Positions 47,747 through 57,121 of a stretch of 64,000 nt of DNA are shown piece by piece. Under the pieces are notes generated by a model. That model was not told the DNA's origin, ran no database searches, and saw only the letters and a list, made by a program, of their open reading frames with translations. Positions within the stretch are counted from its first letter, which is position 1. Each line of letters starts with the position of its first letter. Made by a program: the position numbers and the translations under genes. The stretch comes from a virus: the IMG/VR virus record IMGVR_UViG_3300009162_000001. One strand, given 5' to 3'.

Positions 47747-48822
47747 CCTCCTGCGGCTCCGGGCCTACGAATGATCGACTTGGTCCCGATCCGCACTATG
47801 GGTATCTCTTCACATTCGTCATTCTCATCACTCTTCCACGTTCCCGCGAATCGCCGTTGGGCCGTCGTCAACTTCACCGGCTCCCGCGTGGCCCAGACCC
47901 GTTCGGCCTTGTAGACCACGTCCTCCCACGGCATGAGGTAGTCCGCGTCCGGTGGCTGTGCCAGCTTCTCCCAGGCCTCACGCAGCTTCTCCAGGTATCG
48001 GTCACGAGCCATACCTGACATCCTCAAGCGGAAGGCCAGGTCATTGATGAAGTAGTCCCGCTGACCGCCTGGGCAACCCTCGGCCAAAAACCTAGCGAAG
48101 TCGTAGCCCTCTGGTGACCCACTCCCTGACCCACCGACTGACCCGCCGTAACCGTTACGGCGTATACCTAGCCAGTTCGTAACGCCCGCTGGGAGGTCCG
48201 CTACCTTGACCTGCGGATCTAGCCACGACCTGCCATCGACGCCTGAGACGGCCCCGACGTAGCCGGCCTCCCCCTTAACGTCCACGCCGGGCAGGATCCT
48301 ACGACTTGTGATCGGAACCGAGCATCTGTAGAACAGGTGCAGACCACCCGAGACCGATCGTGCCGTCAACGTAGGCGGCAGGCTCAAGCCGTTGGTCCAA
48401 GCCTCGAACTGCTCCAGGACCTCGAGGCCGCTGGGTTCGCCCGGCCGACCCGTGGCCTCCGCGTCTATGACAACCAGCTGCGAAACGACTCCGGTCCTAA
48501 TCGCCAGGTGACCGTGCGGCAGAACCGCCAGCATCGCATCGAAGCGCGCCGCGTCTGTCGTCGCCGCGTAGAAGCCGTGACAGAGCAGGTGACCACAGGA
48601 TCCGGGCGCGTGCCGCTGGTATGACTCACTGCGATGGTCACATTTGGGGCAGTTGTGCGGCGGGATCTTACCACCCGATGAGTCCTGGGCCAAGAGTAGG
48701 CAGTGCCATCCCTGGCCCTGGTAGGCGTTCGCGAAGCTACGGATGGTAGCATGTCGCCGCTCGATGTCAGATTCTTGACCCGATGACGTTTCAAAATCAT
48801 TCAGATGTGGTACAGTAGTCAT
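47737..48822 (-). CDS. bifunctional primase/polymerase (PrimPol-like)
   Basis: HGFYAATTD, LVVIDAEA, GLHLFYR, VDVKGEAGYV motifs. Confidence 0.7.
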   Translation of the reverse strand: MTTVPHLNDFETSSGQESDIERRHATIRSFANAYQGQGWHCLLLAQDSSGGKIPPHNCPKCDHRSESYQRHAPGSCGHLLCHGFYAATTDAARFDAMLAVLPHGHLAIRTGVVSQLVVIDAEATGRPGEPSGLEVLEQFEAWTNGLSLPPTLTARSVSGGLHLFYRCSVPITSRRILPGVDVKGEAGYVGAVSGVDGRSWLDPQVKVADLPAGVTNWLGIRRNGYGGSVGGSGSGSPEGYDFARFLAEGCPGGQRDYFINDLAFRLRMSGMARDRYLEKLREAWEKLAQPPDADYLMPWEDVVYKAERVWATREPVKLTTAQRRFAGTWKSDENDECEEIPIVRIGTKSIIRRPGAAGGWK

Positions 48823-49056
48823 CGGTAGCCTTTCGGAGTAGTCACAGGTAAAGACCCCTTCCTACGAGGTTGCCGAGCTCCGTTCTCTGTGATTGATGGG
48901 CGCCGCGGCGGGCAGCTGGGCGCCCATCAAGGTCTATACGATCACTGAGAGCGTAAAGAGCGGATCAGTCAACCCTAACACAGATCATGATCCCGCCTGC
49001 ATCCTGATGGCGTTGACGGACAACGCATTGCGAGCCGCTCCCGCGTGCCAACCAGA

Positions 49057-49069
49057 TGTGTGATAATAT
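49057..49069 (+). promoter_or_regulatory. conserved extended -10 promoter (TGTGTGATAATAT)
   Basis: Followed by AAGTGATAACAAGTGATCGAAGGGAAGAAAA-ATG. Confidence 0.65.
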
Positions 49070-49106
49070 AGCATTAAGTGATAACAAGTGATCGAAGGGA
49101 AGAAAA

Positions 49107-49376
49107 ATGACCAACATTGATCCCGACGAGATCGCGGCCTTTGACCAGCTGTCCGCCGATCTCGATCCGCGCATCACCCTGACCGTTGAGGCGCTGAGCT
49201 TCGGCTTGCGCGCCGGCATGTCCGTCGAGATGGTGTTCAAGGCTGCGGTCACGGCGCTTCACGGGTCGTACGACAGCACCGAGATCCTAGCGGCCGTGGC
49301 CGCCCTGACGTTGACCCGCATCGCGCAGGTCAACAACGCCATCGAGGACCACATGGCGGAACACCATGGCGTCTAA
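49107..49376 (+). CDS. hypothetical protein
   Basis: 89-aa ORF. Confidence 0.55.
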   Translation: MTNIDPDEIAAFDQLSADLDPRITLTVEALSFGLRAGMSVEMVFKAAVTALHGSYDSTEILAAVAALTLTRIAQVNNAIEDHMAEHHGV

Positions 49377-49734
49377 GCATCAGCCCTACCCGTTCGGCTA
49401 CCCACGCGTCGTACGCGAGGAGCCGACCACGATGCTGGACACGCGCCAGCTCTACGAGTTCCACGTCCGCAAGGCGGAGCACGCCAAGCAGCGATGTGAC
49501 GACATCATCGAGTACCACGTCTCGGTCGCACAGTGGGACGTCAGCACCGGCAACACGACGCTGCCGTACTCGGCCGAGACCCTCAGCGAGCGGTACGTCG
49601 CCAACGACCTGATCTTCGCCAAGTGGTCCGGCAAGTACCGCTTCCACGAGGCGCGTGCCGTCTACCTGGGACAACGTGTCATCATGGCGCAGAACGATCG
49701 CCTTATTCGGTTTCTCACCGGAAAGGCCACCTGA
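49366..49734 (+). CDS. hypothetical protein
   Basis: 122-aa ORF. Confidence 0.55.
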   Translation: MASKHQPYPFGYPRVVREEPTTMLDTRQLYEFHVRKAEHAKQRCDDIIEYHVSVAQWDVSTGNTTLPYSAETLSERYVANDLIFAKWSGKYRFHEARAVYLGQRVIMAQNDRLIRFLTGKAT

Positions 49735-50090
49735 TGAACTTTCGCCTGAACTCGTTCTTCTGGACGTTCGCCGGCATACTCGCCGCCGAGCACGTCATCG
49801 CGATCTTCACGGGCGCGAACAACGAGACCTCGATGCTGACCAGCGCGCTCGTCATCGCACTCACCGTCTGGCTGCTCGTCGTCCCGACTGACCTGCTCCG
49901 GCGTGAACCCAGGCCGAGGGCCGTCAAGCCGCCCCACGAGCACTTCTGGCGCCACTGGTATGACACGGACGGCTACTACATCAACCAGCCGCACGTCATC
50001 GTCCGCAGCCGCGTTCACTACTGCCTGATCTGCCGTGAGGTTCGACGCACGACCGATCCGATCCCGCACTATCAAGGAGGACAACGATGA
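49734..50090 (+). CDS. membrane protein
   Basis: TGATG-coupled ATG at 49734. Two TM helices. Confidence 0.5.
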   Translation: MNFRLNSFFWTFAGILAAEHVIAIFTGANNETSMLTSALVIALTVWLLVVPTDLLRREPRPRAVKPPHEHFWRHWYDTDGYYINQPHVIVRSRVHYCLICREVRRTTDPIPHYQGGQR

Positions 50091-50626
50091 CTCATGATTA
50101 CACCGAGGTCACTCGTCCTAAGATGGATGCTAGTGATCTGGTAGCGGGTTCCTGCTCCTGTGGGTACATGACATCTCCCGGTACGCCGTTGTGGGCATTT
50201 AAGACTTGGGAGCAGCATGTCCGAGACGTTGAGCGCGGCAAGGAACCCGTGATCGAGCCGTTCAACTGGCATGAGGCCGATCGGGACAGCTTCATGCACT
50301 GGGCTGTTGTCGCCATGATCTCAGATCGGCGTGGCGGAAACTCCGCGCTTAACCGGGTCATGCAGGCATCAGACAACGCGAAGGCGTTGAAGATCGTCAT
50401 CGAGATCAACGGTGTTCGGTTGACCGGCGTGCCATTCTTCGAGCGGCTCTGGGACGAGATGCAGCGTCAGGCTGAGATTCACGCCGCTAGCATGGTCGAT
50501 GACGAACTCGCCAAGCTTGTCAACACACGTGTGTTGGTCGAACGAATCATGAACACGGCGGCTGAGGACGTTCGTCGTCGCTTCAAGGAGCTCGGACTTC
50601 CGATGGAGGATAACCATGAATGGTGA
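50087..50626 (+). CDS. hypothetical protein
   Basis: 179-aa ORF. Confidence 0.55.
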   Translation: MTHDYTEVTRPKMDASDLVAGSCSCGYMTSPGTPLWAFKTWEQHVRDVERGKEPVIEPFNWHEADRDSFMHWAVVAMISDRRGGNSALNRVMQASDNAKALKIVIEINGVRLTGVPFFERLWDEMQRQAEIHAASMVDDELAKLVNTRVLVERIMNTAAEDVRRRFKELGLPMEDNHEW

Positions 50627-50816
50627 CCCAACAAAGGACCCACTGACTCAAGCCGCCTGGGAATGGATCGTTCAGACACTCATCGACACGGTCGCGCGAG
50701 AGAACGACGATGAGCTGCTCGAGCCACCGTTAACCGAACGCATCGACGAGTTGATCGAGGCCATCCAGCGGCTACGCTACAACTTCACGGTGATGACCAT
50801 GATCGAGTCTAGGTAA
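50616..50816 (+). CDS. hypothetical protein
   Basis: 66-aa ORF. Confidence 0.5.
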   Translation: MNGDPTKDPLTQAAWEWIVQTLIDTVARENDDELLEPPLTERIDELIEAIQRLRYNFTVMTMIESR

Positions 50817-50874
50817 AACCTGTGAAAGTTGTTGTACTATCAACATCCAGCGGTCTCGAACCGAGAGTAGAGTG

Positions 50875-51363
50875 ATGAGAGTGACAGACCAAGTCTTACC
50901 GACGCGGATCCGACCCGCGACGCAGCTGCACCAACTCGTCGGACGCGAGGGTCACGTCACCGAGTTCATCGGGCGTCAGCTGGCTACCTCGTCCTCCCAA
51001 GAGACCGACCACTGGCGACACAAGACGACATATGCGCCGAAGAAGTGGCGTTGCTCGGCGTGCCGCTGGATCGAGATCGAGCTCTACGCGCTGGATGACC
51101 CCGACGTGCCGATGAAGCGTTACGTCGTCTACACCCGAGGCTGCTCGCAGGTTCCCGAGGAGAAGACGTTTGCCCGCGTGGCCTTCGCCGACGACGCCTA
51201 CGACGTCCTCAAGTTGATGACGCAGTGGCGTGGTCGCTCGGGTCAGGAGGACAGGCCGGTGATTCCCGACGTCAACCTGATCGCCCTGGAGCAGGCCGCG
51301 GAGATCGATCCCGATCTGGCTGAGGCGCTTCGCTCGTACCTTGACGCCGGAGCGGCCGACTGA
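50875..51363 (+). CDS. hypothetical protein
   Basis: ATG after GAGAGTAGAGTG. Confidence 0.55.
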   Translation: MRVTDQVLPTRIRPATQLHQLVGREGHVTEFIGRQLATSSSQETDHWRHKTTYAPKKWRCSACRWIEIELYALDDPDVPMKRYVVYTRGCSQVPEEKTFARVAFADDAYDVLKLMTQWRGRSGQEDRPVIPDVNLIALEQAAEIDPDLAEALRSYLDAGAAD

Positions 51364-51566
51364 TGACCACCGTCAACCTGGCACGCGGAGTTCACATGCC
51401 CAATCTCTGGTACCGCCTGGATGAGTGTCCGAAGTGCCAGGCCAAGACCGGCGAGAAGTGCATGACGCAGTTCAAGACGCGCACCCGCGTACGGAAGACC
51501 CAGCACGAGGAGCGTAAGTTCCTACCGCAGTATCAACGACAGTTCAAGTCTACGCCTACGCGCTAG
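51363..51566 (+). CDS. small basic zinc-ribbon-like protein
   Basis: CPKCQAKTGEKC. Confidence 0.5.
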   Translation: MTTVNLARGVHMPNLWYRLDECPKCQAKTGEKCMTQFKTRTRVRKTQHEERKFLPQYQRQFKSTPTR

Positions 51567-51580
51567 AGAGTAGGTAAGTG

Positions 51581-52174
51581 ATGACAGTGATAGAAACGAT
51601 GACGACCGATGGCCCGATCACCTCCGCCGATCACCTTACGATCTTAGGATTGATCGAGACGAGCCGTGGCGTCTTACGCGCCGCACGGATCAGATCGTGG
51701 AACAGCCCGATCATCCTGATCACCGACGATCTTGATCTGGCGCACAAGCACGTCCCCAACCCAACACATCGCGTCAACCAGAAGAAGTCGTACTACGGCT
51801 TCTGCTGGTCGACCGATCTCGGCCACGTGCTCTGGTTCAAGAACCGGTACCACCGCTCACGGCTGGAGATCGTTAGGACCGTGTGCCACGAGGTCACGCA
51901 CGCGCTGATCTCGACGTCGGCTCACGGCCGCTCGTGGCGTCGCGCCTACGCGATGCTGCTGCCGTTCTGGCTCAACACGATGGCGCCGGGCAAGTTCAAC
52001 GATCCGATCAACTTCGATCTGCACACGGAGCTCACGCGCGTCACGAGGAAGTACCGGCCAAAGCGCCAGGACCTGACCCGCCGCGACATCCAGCGGGAGG
52101 TCGTCGACCACGTCATGGCGGCGGAGACCGCGTGGCGAAAACAGAATGGTTTGTTCATTCCCACAATTGTGTGA
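51581..52174 (+). CDS. HExxH zinc-metallopeptidase-like protein (SprT-like)
   Basis: VCHEVTHALIS...HGRSW. Confidence 0.55.
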   Translation: MTVIETMTTDGPITSADHLTILGLIETSRGVLRAARIRSWNSPIILITDDLDLAHKHVPNPTHRVNQKKSYYGFCWSTDLGHVLWFKNRYHRSRLEIVRTVCHEVTHALISTSAHGRSWRRAYAMLLPFWLNTMAPGKFNDPINFDLHTELTRVTRKYRPKRQDLTRRDIQREVVDHVMAAETAWRKQNGLFIPTIV

Positions 52175-52180
52175 TATAGT
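52168..52180 (+). promoter_or_regulatory. conserved extended -10 promoter (TGTGTGATATAGT)
   Basis: Overlaps the stop of the upstream gene. Leader ends GTGATAGGAGTACCGG-ATG. Confidence 0.6.
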
Positions 52181-52231
52181 ACAACCCAAGCACAGCACAA
52201 CCCAAGTGATCCACAGTGATAGGAGTACCGG

Positions 52232-52972
52232 ATGAGAGCAAACAAGACGACTCCTGACGGCATCGAGATCATCGCGCGGGAGCCCGCGCTGGGACCGCAT
52301 CCGCATCCCAGCCAGAAGGGCAAGATGGTGCCGTTCTCCGGCGTCTCTAAGGTCCTGCTGGCCGACGGCACCGAGGGCTACGAGTGTGACTTCTGCGGTG
52401 ACATCAAGGACACCGCGCGCCAGGTCACCTCACACCGCTCGGGCAAGCACACCAAGTCGCCCAAGCGCGCCACCGACGTCGAGACCGTCAAGACCGTCCT
52501 GCGCGTCTTGGCCCACGAGCGGGCCAAGGCCAAGGCTGATGGGCGTCGGGACTTCAACAGCCCGACCGCCGAGGAGCTCAACCGGCGTGGCCTGAGGACG
52601 TACCACGGACAGCCGTGGACGGCTGACACCGTCCACAGCCTGTACCAGAAGTACAAGGCCACATACAAGGTCCGCACCCCGCGCGTCGGTCCGCGACCGG
52701 TCAAGGTCGCGGCCGAGACCGCCGCCGCGGTGCTCGAGCGCCCGAAGGTCAAGGCGCCCGAAGTCAACGAGGACGGCTTCGTCACGCTCGAGGACGAGGC
52801 GTTGTTCTCGGCGATCCACAAGGACCTGAAGCTGCTCCGCGACGTGGCCGACCGCCTCGAGACGCACGTGCTGGCGGCCGAGGACCGGGCAAAGCAGCGT
52901 TCGGCCATGGACCTCGATGATGAGGCGCTTCGTGCGCTAGAGTCGCTGCGTCGAGCCTGGCAGAACAGCTAG
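52232..52972 (+). CDS. DNA-binding protein with C2H2 pattern and recombinase-domain-like motif
   Basis: CDFCGDIKDTARQVTSHRSGKH (C-x2-C-x12-H-x4-H). LNRRGLRTYHGQPWTADTVHSLY. Confidence 0.5.
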   Translation: MRANKTTPDGIEIIAREPALGPHPHPSQKGKMVPFSGVSKVLLADGTEGYECDFCGDIKDTARQVTSHRSGKHTKSPKRATDVETVKTVLRVLAHERAKAKADGRRDFNSPTAEELNRRGLRTYHGQPWTADTVHSLYQKYKATYKVRTPRVGPRPVKVAAETAAAVLERPKVKAPEVNEDGFVTLEDEALFSAIHKDLKLLRDVADRLETHVLAAEDRAKQRSAMDLDDEALRALESLRRAWQNS

Positions 52973-53069
52973 CACGACCACGGGATGGTGACCGCTTGCA
53001 GCTTGATCGCAGGCGGTCACCGTTCGTTTTGTCCAGCATCGTTGAACCATTCCAGAAAGAGAGAAGACT

Positions 53070-53423
53070 GTGTTCTGGACCCAGCCGGTCGCACTGGGCG
53101 TTCTCATCGTTCTCATCACGCTGACCGCGTGCACCGCTCACGCCATGGTCTCACACTGGCTGCGGACCAGCCTGGAGCGGCGCAAGCTGCGTGAGCTGAA
53201 GCGGTACAACGATCGCCAGGACCGGATCGACCACGCACTGGCAGCTACCTCCAAGGCGCGTCATCCGTCCAGCCCCGCGCCGCGCGTCGTGCCAAGTCCG
53301 TTCGTCCCGCGCTATCCGGCACCACCCGGGTTCTCCCAGCACAACATGGAGCGCGAGGACCTGATCGCCACCGTCATCGACATCGGCGAGTACCAGACGG
53401 ACCCGCTCCGTCAACACATGTGA
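53070..53423 (+). CDS. membrane protein
   Basis: N-terminal TM. Confidence 0.5.
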   Translation: MFWTQPVALGVLIVLITLTACTAHAMVSHWLRTSLERRKLRELKRYNDRQDRIDHALAATSKARHPSSPAPRVVPSPFVPRYPAPPGFSQHNMEREDLIATVIDIGEYQTDPLRQHM

Positions 53424-53429
53424 TAATAT
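53418..53429 (+). promoter_or_regulatory. conserved extended -10 promoter (ATGTGATAATAT)
   Basis: Overlaps the stop codon of 53070-53423. Confidence 0.6.
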
Positions 53430-53438
53430 AAGATCATA

Positions 53439-54329
53439 GTGATCGCAGTGACCACCTGTCCCCGAGTCTTGGAGTCTTACGTGAACCCCAACGTGAACAC
53501 CAGCTTCAACGTCCCTGGCCTGGCCGGTATGACCAGCGCCGAGACCGCAGGTATGATCATCCTCGCCATCTTCGTCGCGTGCGTCGCGCTCGGCATGATC
53601 GTTCTCGGCGTCGCATCCAGCCGGCAGAAGGCCCGGCGCGACGAGCGTCATCTGTCTTACGACGACTTCCGTTCGATCGATCGTCAGTACAATCGCACAG
53701 GCATCAAGCCGATCTCGGACTCCGGCTTCGGAGCCAACCGCTCGGCGCAGATCGTCCAGGACCCCGCCGGGTACTGGCGCACCGCGCAGCAGTATGAGGC
53801 GCCGATCGGCGTCGCCCGCGTGCAGCACCGCCGGCCCATGCAGGAGATGCTTCGCCAGCGTCAGCTGGCGATCGCCAGCCGTCCGGTCTCGCCGAGTAGT
53901 GGCTACCGCATCGACCCGCAGCAATCCCGTCTCCTCGGTCTCGAGCCGGTCTACCTCGACGACCAGGTTCCCGTCTCACCGCCGATGTACCCTGCCGCGC
54001 CGCAGCCTGTGGCCGTTGCCATACCGGCCTACGCCCCGATGACGCCCGAGGAGTTCAGCTCCATCGTGCCGACATCGCCGCCCGTGCCGAGTGCTCGTCA
54101 CTACCGTCCGGCTGTGGCCTCAGACCACTACGAGCCGATCACGTACGCGCCGATCGATCCGACGACCAACTTCAACCCGCTGGGTCAGGAGTTCCGGCCG
54201 CAAGCTGAGGTCTCGGTCGGTCGTCACGCGCGCATCTCGGCGCAGGGCACCGAGTCGCAGCGCCACTGGACTATGGCAACCAGCCAGCTCGACGTCATCG
54301 AGCTGCGACAACTGCTTGCGGTCGGGTAG
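53439..54329 (+). CDS. Pro-rich membrane protein
   Basis: One TM (MIILAIFVACVALGMIVLGV). The start may be the GTG near 53481. Confidence 0.5.
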   Translation: MIAVTTCPRVLESYVNPNVNTSFNVPGLAGMTSAETAGMIILAIFVACVALGMIVLGVASSRQKARRDERHLSYDDFRSIDRQYNRTGIKPISDSGFGANRSAQIVQDPAGYWRTAQQYEAPIGVARVQHRRPMQEMLRQRQLAIASRPVSPSSGYRIDPQQSRLLGLEPVYLDDQVPVSPPMYPAAPQPVAVAIPAYAPMTPEEFSSIVPTSPPVPSARHYRPAVASDHYEPITYAPIDPTTNFNPLGQEFRPQAEVSVGRHARISAQGTESQRHWTMATSQLDVIELRQLLAVG

Positions 54330-54361
54330 TATGTAACGGACCCGATCAATCGTCAGGAGTG

Positions 54362-55285
54362 ATGACAGTGATATTTGGCCTTGAGGGTCCTGACCTCATG
54401 GGTAAGACGTCGTTGGCCGACGAGCTGGAGAAGACGTTCCTCGCCGGTGGGGACGCCGTCACCCGCATGAAGCGTGGCCCTCTCAAGCAGGATCCGCTGA
54501 CGGAGTACCTGGTGCCGCTGCAGGACTACGACACCTCGACGATCTGGATCCTCGATCGCTGGCACCTCGGTGAGCTGGTCTACGGTCCACTCATGCGTGG
54601 CGCCTCGAGGTTGTCGATGGCCCAGGCCTACTACATCGAGCTGGTCTTACGTTCGCTAAACGCGCAGATGGTTCACGTGACCTCGACCGAGGAGGTCTTG
54701 GCTCGGCGGTACGCCTCGCGGGGCGACGACTTCGTCAGCCTCGAGCAGCTGATCACCGTTCGCAAGCACTACAACGACCTCGTCTTCCATCATATGCCGT
54801 GGTACGTTAGCGCCTACACCGATGCCTTCCGATCGGACCAGCTGGCCTACCAGCTGTACCTCACCAGAGAGGCCGGTCTACCTCCTACGGAGTACCTTGG
54901 CGGTCCGCGCCCCAAGGTGCTTCTGCTAGGCGACAGGCAGGCCAACGGATCGGCTACGCTGAAGCGACCGGCTATCATCTGGCCATTCGCGCCGTGGAAC
55001 GGAACCTCAGGCCACTGGCTCTTCCAGTCCATGCTGTCGGCTGAGGTCCAGGTCTACGACATCGGTATCATCAACGCCTGTGACCGTCCGCCGATCGAGC
55101 TGCAGATGACCTGGCTCAAGCTGGGCCAGCCGCCGACGATCGCACTCGGCCTGAACGCCAAGAAGTCCGCGGAAGCCGTCGGGATCCCGCTGGCCAACCA
55201 CATTCCCCATCCGCAGTTCGCGCGCCGGTTCCATCACGCTGACCTGGTGCCGTACGGTCTCGAGATCAAGAAGGTTATGGCATGA
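54362..55285 (+). CDS. fusion: P-loop dNMP-kinase-like domain + UDG-superfamily-like domain
   Basis: N-terminal VIFGLEGPDLMGKTS ... DRWHLGELVYG. C-terminal VLLLGDRQAN ... WPFAPWNGTSGHWL ... IPHPQFARR, resembling UDG motifs A/B. Confidence 0.6.
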   Translation: MTVIFGLEGPDLMGKTSLADELEKTFLAGGDAVTRMKRGPLKQDPLTEYLVPLQDYDTSTIWILDRWHLGELVYGPLMRGASRLSMAQAYYIELVLRSLNAQMVHVTSTEEVLARRYASRGDDFVSLEQLITVRKHYNDLVFHHMPWYVSAYTDAFRSDQLAYQLYLTREAGLPPTEYLGGPRPKVLLLGDRQANGSATLKRPAIIWPFAPWNGTSGHWLFQSMLSAEVQVYDIGIINACDRPPIELQMTWLKLGQPPTIALGLNAKKSAEAVGIPLANHIPHPQFARRFHHADLVPYGLEIKKVMA

Positions 55286-55398
55286 GTGGACAGCAGCAGC
55301 TCGTGGCACTGATGTGCATCCTTCTCACGGCACTCGCCATCACGTTTCTCATTATGGGACCGTCCATCATTCAAGCCAATAAGCAGCGAAAGGATTAA
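55282..55398 (+). CDS. 38-aa single-TM micro-protein
   Basis: Not in the track. ATGA-coupled. MSGQQQLVALMCILLTALAITFLIMGPSIIQANKQRKD. Confidence 0.4.
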   Translation: MSGQQQLVALMCILLTALAITFLIMGPSIIQANKQRKD

Positions 55399-56255
55399 TG
55401 ATGGAGTTCACAGGCTACACCGGTCACGAGGTCTACGCCGCCGCGGTGGCAGCCGTCATGGAACTTGGTGCCTTACGTAAGCCACGCGGCATGCTGACCC
55501 GTGACCTCGGCTTCGCCAGCCTGACGGTCCCAGCACCGATCCAGATGCTGCCGCTAGGTACGCGTCCCAACCTGTCGACCGCGATCGCGGCCGTCGAGGC
55601 CGTGCAGCTGATCGGCGGGTTCTCCAATCCCGAGCTGATCGCACGCGTCGCGCCGGCGCTGATGCCGTACGCCGAGCCGGAGGGTCGCTTCCACGGCGCT
55701 TATGGCCGACGCATCGGGACGCAGGTCGGCAGCGTCATCACCAAGCTGCGCACCGATCCTGACTCGCGCCAAGCCGTGGTGACACTGTGGGATCCGATGC
55801 TGGACAACCAGCCGCACAAGAAGGACTACCCGTGCACCGTCGCTTTGACGTTCGAGGTCCACGGTGGCAAGCTGGCAATGACCACCGTGATGCGCTCCAA
55901 CGACGTCTGGCGTGGGCTGCCCTACGACATGTTCCAGTTCACGCAACTACAGGAGTCTGTGGCGCGTGTGCTTGAGATGCCGTCCGGTCGCTACCGCCAC
56001 GTGGCGCTGAGCCTTCACGCGTATGAGGAGGACTGGCCCGAGTTGGAGAAGGTCGACGCACGTAACGCTAAGACTGAGGAGTACTACCCGACCGGGATCG
56101 GCAACGAGGTGATCTACCCCGGCGACTGGCACCGCACGCAGCATCGCGCCTACGAGACCTCGATCGTCACCATCATGGCGGAGGTCACCAGGTCCGAGCA
56201 GTGGTATCGCACGCGTCTGACACCGAGGGCGGTGGTACCCGATGATGGACCCTGA
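55398..56255 (+). CDS. ThyA-fold pyrimidine C5 methylase/hydroxymethylase (Asp at the Asn177-equivalent position)
   Basis: YPCTVALTFEVHGGKLAMTTVMRSNDVWRGLPYDMFQF aligns with E. coli ThyA [38 protein letters not shown]. The nucleophile Cys is conserved and FN becomes YD. Confidence 0.75.
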   Translation: MMEFTGYTGHEVYAAAVAAVMELGALRKPRGMLTRDLGFASLTVPAPIQMLPLGTRPNLSTAIAAVEAVQLIGGFSNPELIARVAPALMPYAEPEGRFHGAYGRRIGTQVGSVITKLRTDPDSRQAVVTLWDPMLDNQPHKKDYPCTVALTFEVHGGKLAMTTVMRSNDVWRGLPYDMFQFTQLQESVARVLEMPSGRYRHVALSLHAYEEDWPELEKVDARNAKTEEYYPTGIGNEVIYPGDWHRTQHRAYETSIVTIMAEVTRSEQWYRTRLTPRAVVPDDGP

Positions 56256-56523
56256 CCGTTCAACCGTTAAGGGGATGCCGCTTGAGCTGGCGCGTGAGCG
56301 TGTTCGTCAGCGTCTGAGTCAGCGTGCGGTCGCTGTCCGCGCGGGACTTCACGAGTCCATGATCTGCCAGTGGGAGGGCGGTCAACGTGCGCCGTCGCTA
56401 CGCAACCTCGAGCGCTGGTGCGCTGCACTTGACCTTGAGCTGACAACAAGACGAAAGAGATCTGATGACGAATCGTACATCGTGGGACGAGACGTGGTTG
56501 GCGCTCGCTCACGGCATAGCTAA
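56242..56523 (+). CDS. XRE-family HTH protein
   Basis: RLSQRAVAVRAGLHESMICQWEGGQRAPSLRNLERW. Confidence 0.65.
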   Translation: MMDPDRSTVKGMPLELARERVRQRLSQRAVAVRAGLHESMICQWEGGQRAPSLRNLERWCAALDLELTTRRKRSDDESYIVGRDVVGARSRHS

Positions 56524-57121
56524 GCGATCACTCTGCAGTCGTGACCAGGTCGGAGCGGTCATCGTCTCCGCGGACAACACACCGCTGATGGCGTCGTACA
56601 ACGGACCGCCCGCTGGCTTTCTCCATGATGAGAAGCCGTGCACCGAGTGGTGTCCTCGCGCCCGTGGCGACAATAAGACGTGGACACACGACGGCACGTC
56701 AGGACCAAGGCATGAGATCCAGTATGCCAATAATGAAATGTTCTGGCGATATCCCAACACGTCAGAATGGCACATACTAGATGATGCCGCACGCAAGATG
56801 TTAGGCTATGTCGAGACGCCGGTCTTGTCGCCGAACTACGAGGACTGTCCCGCGCTTCACGCCGAGGCTAACGCGCTGTCACGGTCCAATCATCTGCACC
56901 GCGCCGGCGGCACGATCTACGTCACGTCGGACGTATGCTTCAACTGTGCCAAGCTGATCGCCAACTCCGGCATCAAGCGCGTCGTCGTCGATCGGCGTCA
57001 GCCACGCGAGTACCGCAACTCCGCGAGGTCATACGAGTTCCTGACGATCTCATGCGGGTTGACCGTCAGCCTGGTCACCGAACACGAACTTCCCGCCGAC
57101 TACTGGGAGACCGCACAGTAA
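56465..57121 (+). CDS. dCMP deaminase (CDA zinc-binding fold) with insertion
   Basis: HAEANAL and CFNCAKLIANSGIKRVV motifs. Confidence 0.75.
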   Translation: MTNRTSWDETWLALAHGIAKRSLCSRDQVGAVIVSADNTPLMASYNGPPAGFLHDEKPCTEWCPRARGDNKTWTHDGTSGPRHEIQYANNEMFWRYPNTSEWHILDDAARKMLGYVETPVLSPNYEDCPALHAEANALSRSNHLHRAGGTIYVTSDVCFNCAKLIANSGIKRVVVDRRQPREYRNSARSYEFLTISCGLTVSLVTEHELPADYWETAQ

